A stretch of DNA of 32,000 nt, from NCBI RefSeq assembly GCF_965228705.1, contig NZ_OZ245832.1, positions 1,565,340 to 1,597,339 on the forward strand, read 5' to 3'. The position numbers and the translations under genes were made by a program. Below are positions 26,370 to 32,000 of the stretch, piece after piece; within the stretch, counting starts at the first letter, position 1, and every line of letters starts with the position of its first letter. The notes beneath the pieces are model-generated. The model made no database searches and was not told where the DNA came from. It saw only the letters and a list, made by a program, of their open reading frames with translations. The DNA is from Croceimicrobium sp. (lineage in GTDB: Bacteria; Bacteroidota; Bacteroidia; Flavobacteriales; Schleiferiaceae).

Positions 26370-28602
26370 TTACTTAATCAGTTTTTGAGTAAACACGGGG
26401 GCATTCTTAGACTCCACTTTAAGGATATACACACCAGCACTTAAGGCTGTGGTCAGGACTTCTTGCTCCTGAACTTCATCAAAATGACCTTGCCACACTA
26501 ATTGACCGGCCTGATTAAATAGATACATATCTACCTGTGGAAGAGTTTGACCGCAAACTACTTTGAAACCATTCTCGGTATTGTAAGCGTAGTTGTTGTT
26601 TACAACCTGCTCCTTTACACTTACTCCGGTTTGGTTGATGTGAATTACAAATCGATCCGCTAGGTTTCCGGGAACATGCATAAACTGATAACTGCTGGTT
26701 TTTAAATCAACACGAGTACCGGTTAATTTATCCTCCAACTCCACTAACCAAGAAGCTGGTAAGCGTAAATCATTGATGCTGATAGTATAGGACTGCTCTA
26801 ATCCTGATTTAAAGGATAGATCCACTGATTTGCTGCTAAAGGACTCATTCAACTTATTGGCAAAGAATTGATCTCCATTGGCAGAAGTGGTATACAAGCT
26901 GGGGTATAAAGTGGTATTCATACGTTTTACAGCATCCAAACCATTATCCCATCCATCAGTGTACTGGCTGCTGAAAGCCAAAAGAGTTTCGTCGCTAATA
27001 CCATCGGCAGAAGCCACCTTCAATTTCAGTACTTGAGCAGCGCTATTGGTTTTGCTTTGCGATGGACTTTCAGTTAAAATGCGATCAGCATTATCCAGAG
27101 CCAGGTTGATACTTCCACTTCCCGTGTTCTGCACAAAGAATGCTTGCATAGGCGCGATATACTGAGACCCTGAGTTTAATGGACTATCAGTATTGGCATC
27201 GTATCCAATCCACTGACTACCATTATAGATATAATAAGTAGAAGTTAAGTTGGTGCTATTTGCATCATGATAGGTATTCCAATCAATGGCCGACGGATAA
27301 GGATTAGGAACTAAGTTCCACCCGCTATTACTATTATCCAGGGCTATATTGATAGCACCGTCATTTAATGCCGTTCCGCTGGCGGTTAAGGTAATGGGTA
27401 AGGTTCCAAAATAAGTTCCATCTCCCAGGTAAAGCCCAAAACCATTATCAGTAGTTGAGAAAGAGGTATTTGGTACAGCAGTCCAAGTTCCTTCTCCGTT
27501 ATTTGCAGTACTGGGATCGTAATAATAGATATTCACTTGATTGCTGGTACCTCCGGCACTGGTAATAATACTACCATCACTTACCGACCAACCGGAAACG
27601 GTTCCGCTGGAAATTGGAGATGCGGCGTAAAACCATCGCCCGCTTCCTGTAAAAGTGCGTTCTACATTAATGGTATTTCCACCAGAAACAGTTCCTATAA
27701 TTTGACCATAATTTCCACTATTGTCAGAATCTAAGGTAGTAGTTCCACTTACAGTTAAGGTATTACTGTTGGTGTTGAGGGTCGCGGAAGCACTCACCGT
27801 AAGGTCATTATTTACGGTTACATTTTGAGCCATGCCTACCGTAGCAGAGGTATTGCTTACAACCATATAATCAAATGTGACCGGATCGCTGGTTCCACCC
27901 ACACTTTGAGCGGCAGTACCATCAAAAAATACCGCACGACTATTATTAGTTAAGGTGCCTCCATTCAAATTGAAATCACCTCCAACATTTAAATCACCTC
28001 CTGAAGTACTGGATAAGCTCAAGGTTCCTGAACTACCAATAGTAACATCACCGGCTACATCGATCACATCCGAAGATGTTCCATAATCGATGGTACCATC
28101 ATTTACAATAAAGTCATTAGCAATGGTCCAGGCACCAGAAGCCGCTCTGGTAATTGATCGACCGGAACTGTTCATGGTGAAGTCATAAACTGAAATCGAA
28201 CCAAAACCTGTAGCATCCGCACTACCTACAAAGCAATAAGACTCTTGTGAGAAGGGTGTTGTAGAGGATCCATCAGTGGTATTGCTTACATTATAATAAC
28301 GAACATAGTCGGCACTTACACCAGTTGGATTGTTTGAAGGAATACGGGCAAAGGTTCCACCGCCACCGCCAGAGTAAGACATAAACCCAACGAAATTGAA
28401 GGCGGAAGGACGACCCGACCCGGTGATTGCGGACCATGGAATTGCAAATTCACCTACATCATTAGCATCGCTAAAGCTTTTAGTTAATGTACCAGTTGTA
28501 GAGGCTCCCCAGCTTCCAGCGCCATCATCTGTCTTGTAGTCATCATAGGTATCCTTGACAAAGGCAAAAAAGTCGGCCCGAAAGGGAAAGTTGGGAGTCA
28601 CA
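26370..28602 (-). pseudogene. T9SS-secreted beta-helix/adhesin-like protein, C-terminal fragment (IS-disrupted)
   Basis: The C-terminus 'VDMYLFNQAGQLVWQGHFDEVQEQEVLTTALSAGVYILKVESKNAPVFTQKLIK' is a type-A T9SS sorting domain. The central region has G/S/T/N-rich beta-helix-like repeats ('GDVTIGSSGTLSLSS..GGDLNVGGDFNLNGGTLTNN..TVNNDLTVSASATLNTNSNTLTVSGTTTL'). The first 43 residues of the track ORF (28603..28730) are read-through into the IS. Confidence 0.8.
28600..28602. repeat. target-site duplication, left copy (ACA)
   Basis: The same ACA flanks the other IS end at 29830-29832. Removing one copy plus the IS restores the reading frame. Confidence 0.6.
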
Positions 28603-28627
28603 GTGTAAGCTTCCCTTAAAACCGAAC
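28603..28627 (+). repeat. IS left inverted repeat (G)TGTAAGCTTCCC-TTAAAA-CCGAAC
   Basis: It matches the reverse complement of 29807-29829 (TGTAAGCTTCCC-CTGAT-CCGAAC): 12/12 terminal nt plus a conserved CCGAAC block, with a TG...CA terminus. Confidence 0.75.
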
Positions 28628-28670
28628 TGTTTAAAAGTAGAGGAATAGGATTAATTTTAAACAGTCGATT

Positions 28671-28937
28671 ATGAGAAAGAGTAAGTTTTCGCCAGAGAAG
28701 ATTGCCAGGGTCTTGAAAGAGTTTGATCAAGGTAGAAGTGCACAGGAATTGAGCCGAGAGTACGGGGTTAGTACCGCAACGTTTTACAAATGGCGAGAGC
28801 GTTATGCTGGCATGAGTGGAAAGGAGTTAAAGCGTATAAAGGATCTTGAAGAGGAAAACAGGAAGCTTAAGCAGATGTACGCGAACCTGGCCCTAGATCA
28901 TCAACTAGCTAAAGAGATTATTGAAAAAAAGCTTTAA
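28671..28937 (+). CDS. IS3-family transposase OrfA (HTH DNA-binding protein)
   Basis: 88 aa with an HTH ('[24 protein letters not shown]') followed by a leucine-zipper-like '[27 protein letters not shown]'. Confidence 0.85.
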   Translation: MRKSKFSPEKIARVLKEFDQGRSAQELSREYGVSTATFYKWRERYAGMSGKELKRIKDLEEENRKLKQMYANLALDHQLAKEIIEKKL

Positions 28938-28998
28938 AGCCCTGCCGTAAGAGAGAGATTGGTCAGGAAATATCTAGACGCTACGGTATTAGCAGGGC
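28925..28998 (+). promoter_or_regulatory. programmed -1 ribosomal frameshift signal: slippery heptamer A_AAA_AAG plus downstream stem-loop
   Basis: The heptamer at 28925-28931 is in the correct X_XXY_YYZ phase of orfA. After a 7-nt spacer, GCCCTGCCGTA (28939-28949) pairs with TACGG (28982-28986) and GCAGGGC (28992-28998). The -1 frame is open from 28931 into orfB. Confidence 0.7.
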
Positions 28999-29026
28999 AT
29001 GCCGTGTATTAAACCTCAGTAAAAGC

Positions 29027-29800
29027 GTGTATTACTATCAAGCCCAAGCAAAGGATGATCGTGAGCTGGAAGAAGCATTACTGACGAAAGCAAAAGAACA
29101 TTCTGAGGAAGGCTTTTGGAACGCCTATCACCGCTTACGTAATGAAGGCAAGACTTGGAACCACAAACGACTACATCGTGTTTATGTGGCTTTAAAACTA
29201 CCTTTAAGACGAAAGGTTAAGAAGCGATTACCCGCTCGGGTAAAAGAACCGTTAGTGGTGCCTGATAGGCCGAATCAGACCTGGAGTATGGACTTTGTAC
29301 ATGATGTACTAGAAAACAAGCGCAAGTTTCGTGCATTCACGGTAATTGATGACTACAATCGAGAAGCACTACATATCGAAGTAGATTTCTCACTTCCATC
29401 AAACAGAGTAGTATATGTGCTTAATCATTTAATCAATCGCAGGGGTAAACCCGATGTGATCCGAATGGACAATGGGCCCGAGTTCATTGCTGAGCTCACT
29501 AAATCATGGAGCGTCATTCATGAAATAGAATTTAGATATATCCAACCCGGCAAACCCACACAGAACGCTTTTATAGAGCGATTTAATGGAAGCTACCGCC
29601 GAGGAGTGCTGGACAAATATATTTTTGAAGATATCCATCAGGTAAGGGAGCAAACAGAAAAGTGGATGCATGACTATAACAACTTTAAACCTCATGATTC
29701 ATTAGGAAATATACCGCCTAGGGTATACGCCAAACGCAACCACCCCGAGGGTACCCTCGGGGTGGTTGAAAACAATACTATCTTTGGAAAAGTCAATTAA
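29027..29800 (+). CDS. IS3-family transposase OrfB catalytic (DDE/RNase H-like) region, expressed as OrfAB fusion (28671..29800 with -1 shift)
   Basis: Integrase-core motifs 'NQTWSMDFV' (D), 'IRMDNGPEF' (D) and '[16 protein letters not shown]' (E) are present. The frame is -1 relative to orfA and open back to the slippery site. The stop lies 6 nt before the right inverted repeat. Confidence 0.85.
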   Translation: MYYYQAQAKDDRELEEALLTKAKEHSEEGFWNAYHRLRNEGKTWNHKRLHRVYVALKLPLRRKVKKRLPARVKEPLVVPDRPNQTWSMDFVHDVLENKRKFRAFTVIDDYNREALHIEVDFSLPSNRVVYVLNHLINRRGKPDVIRMDNGPEFIAELTKSWSVIHEIEFRYIQPGKPTQNAFIERFNGSYRRGVLDKYIFEDIHQVREQTEKWMHDYNNFKPHDSLGNIPPRVYAKRNHPEGTLGVVENNTIFGKVN

Positions 29801-29806
29801 CTAATG

Positions 29807-29829
29807 GTTCGGATCAGGGGAAGCTTACA
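29807..29829 (-). repeat. IS right inverted repeat
   Basis: The plus strand reads GTTCGG-ATCAG-GGGAAGCTTACA, the reverse complement of the left end. Confidence 0.75.
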
Positions 29830-29832
29830 ACA
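29830..29832. repeat. target-site duplication, right copy (ACA)
   Basis: Identical to 28600-28602. Confidence 0.6.
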
Positions 29833-30155
29833 CCATCATATCCAGTTCCACTTGCTGTTCCATTGGAATTGGTCCCGGAATTAATCGGACTTAAATTATC
29901 CACATCAATATAAATCACAATCGCATCCCCGAAATTGGTATGCCCGGATACACCGATGTATAGATTACTGTCATCCCAGGTAAGGTTCCACACTCGAGAA
30001 TCAACCGTTACGCTGTGTGAACTTCCATATTCACTGGCACCAATTGTTCCATCGATAGTTGGTGTGGTAAATTGCCCGAATGAGGGAGAAACACCAAATA
30101 ATATTGCGGCCAAGAGGCCCAAGGTAAATTTGGCCTTAAAGTACTTATGCACCAT
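29830..30155 (-). pseudogene. T9SS-secreted protein, N-terminal fragment (signal peptide plus CBM9/DOMON-like start), IS-disrupted
   Basis: The ATG at 30155 gives 'MVHKYFKAKFTLGLLAAILFGVSPSFGQ' (signal peptide), then 'FTTPTIDGTIGASEYGS...WNLTWDDSNLYIGVSG'. The frame runs into the IS and stops at 29814. Confidence 0.75.
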
Positions 30156-30265
30156 TCTAAGACATTTTTTATTAGTAGAAAAACAAATCAATCATCCGAC
30201 TAATTTGCAGGCATTAACATTTTATTCCACCAAAAATATTAAAAGGGATGAAAGATTTAAAGAAT

Positions 30266-30286
30266 AAAGTGTAGAAATTACACTTT
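30266..30286 (-). terminator. 8-bp hairpin AAAGTGTA-N5-TACACTTT downstream of nadC (possible terminator)
   Basis: A perfect 8-bp stem lies 68 nt after the nadC stop. Only a weak T-rich tail (ATTCTTT) follows on the minus strand. Confidence 0.3.
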
Positions 30287-30353
30287 AGCGATTTTTTTGA
30301 AAGATTCTAAGACCAAAATTCGCTATTCAATGACCCGATTTTACGCTAAAAAA

Positions 30354-31202
30354 TCAAGCTAGTTCTGCTTTCAAACTCATATCCAAGCCAGAGACACTAT
30401 GGGTTAAGGCTCCCATAGAAATGAAATCCACTCCGGTTTCGGCATAGGCCACCAAGGTTTGCCCCGTAATCCCACCGGAAGATTCGGTTTCAATAGCATT
30501 AGCCACCCGCTCTACAGCGCGATAAGTATCTTCAATAGAGAAATTATCGAACATAACTCTAAGCACACCTTTCGATTCGAGAACCTGATCCAGTTCCTTA
30601 AAATCTCGTACCTCCACTTCAATGGGAATATCCAATCCATGCTCAGCCTTATAATCCAATGCTTTTTGAATGGCCTGAGGTACTCCGCCCGCAAAATCGA
30701 TATGATTGTCCTTGAGCATGATCATATCAAATAAACCAAAACGATGGTTATAGCCACCTCCCCAGCGCACTGCTTCCTTTTCAAAAACACGCAAATGAGG
30801 GGTAGTCTTACGCGTATCCAATAAACGTGCATGGGTATGAGAAATAGTATCCACCAGGGCTCTGGTTTTAGTAGCAATCCCACTCATACGCTGCATAAGA
30901 TTTAAGGCTAATCGCTCTCCTTGCAGCAAACTATGGGCTGGTCCTTCAAGATGAAAGGCCAAATCTCCAGGTTTTATTCGACTACCGTCTTCTATAAGGA
31001 TTTCCATCTTTATTAGTGGATCGACTAATTTAAAAACCTCTCGAGCCACCGCAACCCCAGCCAAAACACCTTGTTCTTTCACCAATAATTTCATACGTCC
31101 CTCTATGCCTTTCGGAAATGCACAATTGGAACTATGATCGCCATCGCCAATATCCTCTGCCAGGGCCGCTTTGATTAATGAATGATACTTTTCGGTGTTC
31201 AT
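30354..31202 (-). CDS. nadC: nicotinate-nucleotide pyrophosphorylase (carboxylating) / quinolinate phosphoribosyltransferase
   Basis: Blocks 'LLDTRKTTPHLRVFEKEAVRWGGGYNHRFGLFDMIMLKDNHI' and 'EVEVRDFKELDQ' are present. The start is set at the internal ATG (31202, 'MNTEKYHSLIKAALAEDIG'), giving ~282 aa. The 48-aa N-terminal extension in the track looks non-coding. Confidence 0.85.
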   Translation of the reverse strand: MNTEKYHSLIKAALAEDIGDGDHSSNCAFPKGIEGRMKLLVKEQGVLAGVAVAREVFKLVDPLIKMEILIEDGSRIKPGDLAFHLEGPAHSLLQGERLALNLMQRMSGIATKTRALVDTISHTHARLLDTRKTTPHLRVFEKEAVRWGGGYNHRFGLFDMIMLKDNHIDFAGGVPQAIQKALDYKAEHGLDIPIEVEVRDFKELDQVLESKGVLRVMFDNFSIEDTYRAVERVANAIETESSGGITGQTLVAYAETGVDFISMGALTHSVSGLDMSLKAELA

Positions 31203-31375
31203 GCTAGTAAACTTTGGTCCAGGCAAAATTCGAAAATTGGAAAGACTCATTCTCGAATTATTGATAATAAAACTAAATAGAACTGAATTAGCCGATTTCA
31301 AACAAAATCTACATAGTCCTAAAAGCACTATGCAAATATTTGCCACTGCTTCGGAGCAATTTCTAATTTTAAGCC

Positions 31376-31984
31376 ATGAATCAAAAGCAGCCTGAAACCC
31401 TGCACATAGTTCCTAGTGGTGGTTTTTCATCAGAAGTCCAAGCCCTAGCCAAAAGTCTGGGGTACAATGACTTTAAGTTCTATGATGATGGAATTCCCTC
31501 TTTTAAAAAGCTAGCTGAATTTCCGTCTGAGGCTCTTGCAGTTATCGCGGCGGGTTCCTCTGAATTACGAATGAAGATAGTCCAAGAGCTTCCGGCTGAT
31601 ACCAGGTTCCCTACTTTAATTCATAAATCAGTTCTTTTAATGGACCCCAGCTCTACCGAAATTGGCAAAGGGACCTTAATTGCCGCTGCTTCTGTTTGTA
31701 CAACCAACATCCAAATTGGAAATTTCGTGGTCATTAACTTGCATTGCAGCATTGGTCATGGTTGTAAAATTGCAGATTTTGTTTCCCTTATGCCCGGTGT
31801 GCGCATAAGCGGCGAAGTCAAAATTCACCAGGGAGCCTATCTGGGATCGAACGCCGTTATACTACCCAATATTACTATTGGTGAAAACGCGACTATTGGT
31901 GCCGGAGCCGTGGTTACCAAAGATGTAGCCGCCAACACAACCGTTGCTGGCGTTCCTGCCAAACCCATAATTACCAAGAGCTAA
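31376..31984 (+). CDS. hexapeptide-repeat sugar acetyltransferase, NeuD/PglD family
   Basis: 202-aa ORF with an N-terminal Rossmann-like 'HIVPSGGFSSEVQALA' and a C-terminal left-handed beta-helix of hexapeptide repeats ('IGNFVVINLHCSIGHGCKIADFVSLMPGVRISGEVKIHQGAYLGSNAVILPNITIGENATIGAGAVV'). Confidence 0.8.
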   Translation: MNQKQPETLHIVPSGGFSSEVQALAKSLGYNDFKFYDDGIPSFKKLAEFPSEALAVIAAGSSELRMKIVQELPADTRFPTLIHKSVLLMDPSSTEIGKGTLIAAASVCTTNIQIGNFVVINLHCSIGHGCKIADFVSLMPGVRISGEVKIHQGAYLGSNAVILPNITIGENATIGAGAVVTKDVAANTTVAGVPAKPIITKS

Positions 31985-32000
31985 CTTAAGCCTTCACCTC

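Larger units (their letters stand above)
28603..29829 (+). mobile_element. IS3-family insertion sequence (~1.23 kb), apparently intact
   Basis: The element has terminal inverted repeats, orfA and orfB in the 0/-1 frame arrangement with an A_AAA_AAG slippery site, a DDE transposase, and a 3-bp flanking direct repeat. It interrupts a T9SS cargo gene. Confidence 0.85.

Noticed and set aside
28603-28730. The first ~43 residues of the 786-aa track ORF ('[42 protein letters not shown]'), considered as the true N-terminus of the T9SS protein.
   Set aside because: This stretch is read-through into the IS left end from a TTG codon and has no signal peptide. The genuine N-terminus with a signal peptide is the fragment at 29830..30155.
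28605-29828. The 11-nt match GTAAGCTTCCC / GGGAAGCTTAC at both IS borders, first taken for a target-site duplication.
   Set aside because: The two copies are reverse complements, so they are the terminal inverted repeats of the IS. The direct repeat is the ACA just outside them.
1837-30694. Same-strand alternative-frame ORFs nested in larger genes (1837..2031, 5113..5310, 5679..5864, 14315..14614, 21713..21931, 24422..24673, 25742..25924, 26108..26302, 29504..29695, 30512..30694).
   Set aside because: They overlap well-supported CDSs in another frame and have no motifs. The ORF at 26108..26302 also runs through the terminator hairpin and overlaps the better-supported 59-aa ORF.
31203-31346. 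48-aa N-terminal extension of the nadC ORF ('MANICIVLLGLCRFCLKSANSV...').
   Set aside because: NadC homology begins at the internal Met (31202). The extension is Cys/Leu-rich nonsense lying in the divergent promoter region shared with the acetyltransferase gene.
508-31395. All plus-strand track ORFs lying inside minus-strand genes (e.g. 508..876, 1805..2044, 3734..3952, 10075..10332, 15344..15667, 18266..18679, 22097..22417, 22940..23323, 25076..25402, 29935..30267, 30459..30734, 31195..31395).
   Set aside because: They are antisense shadows of long ORFs with strong family signatures. Their translations are low-complexity or compositionally odd, with no recognisable motifs.
1-32000. A scan for CRISPR arrays, tRNA/rRNA genes and long tandem or dispersed repeats.
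   Set aside because: By eye I found no regularly spaced direct repeats, no cloverleaf-like or rRNA-like segments, and no intergenic space large enough to hold them. A computational repeat/tRNA scan was not possible.

Overview
This 32 kb window looks like Bacteroidota DNA: about 40% GC, no Shine-Dalgarno sites, a TAnnTTTG-type promoter box and a T9SS C-terminal sorting domain. About 25 kb (16..25985) is one minus-strand Wzx/Wzy-type surface-polysaccharide (O-antigen/capsule) locus, tightly packed with several ATGA or 8-nt overlaps. It starts with a wHTH regulator and encodes several nucleotide-sugar branches. These are UDP-GlcNAc to UDP-GalNAcA (TviB/TviC-like), possibly amidated by an AsnB-like enzyme; UDP-L-FucNAc (FnlA/B/C); GDP-L-fucose (fcl); and a frameshifted UDP-glucuronate 4-epimerase. 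The last branch starts from dTDP-glucose (rfbA). It combines an antibiotic-style NDP-hexose 2,3-dehydratase and Gfo/Idh/MocA reductase with a WecE-type aminotransferase, a divergent formyltransferase-fold protein and a GT56 (WecF-like) transferase. This dTDP branch is the most unusual content and predicts an N-formylated 2-deoxy amino sugar in a surface glycan. Five glycosyltransferases, wzx and wzy are present. No initiating phosphoglycosyl transferase, rmlB, gmd or Wza/Wzc genes lie in the window. To the right of the locus is an ~851-aa T9SS-secreted beta-helix-like protein, cleanly split by an apparently intact IS3-family element with terminal inverted repeats, a 3-bp target duplication and an A_AAA_AAG frameshift signal. 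A co-transcribed 59-aa mini-protein with a PEP-CTERM-like tail follows it. The window ends with nadC and a divergent NeuD-family acetyltransferase. No rRNA, tRNA or CRISPR arrays were seen.
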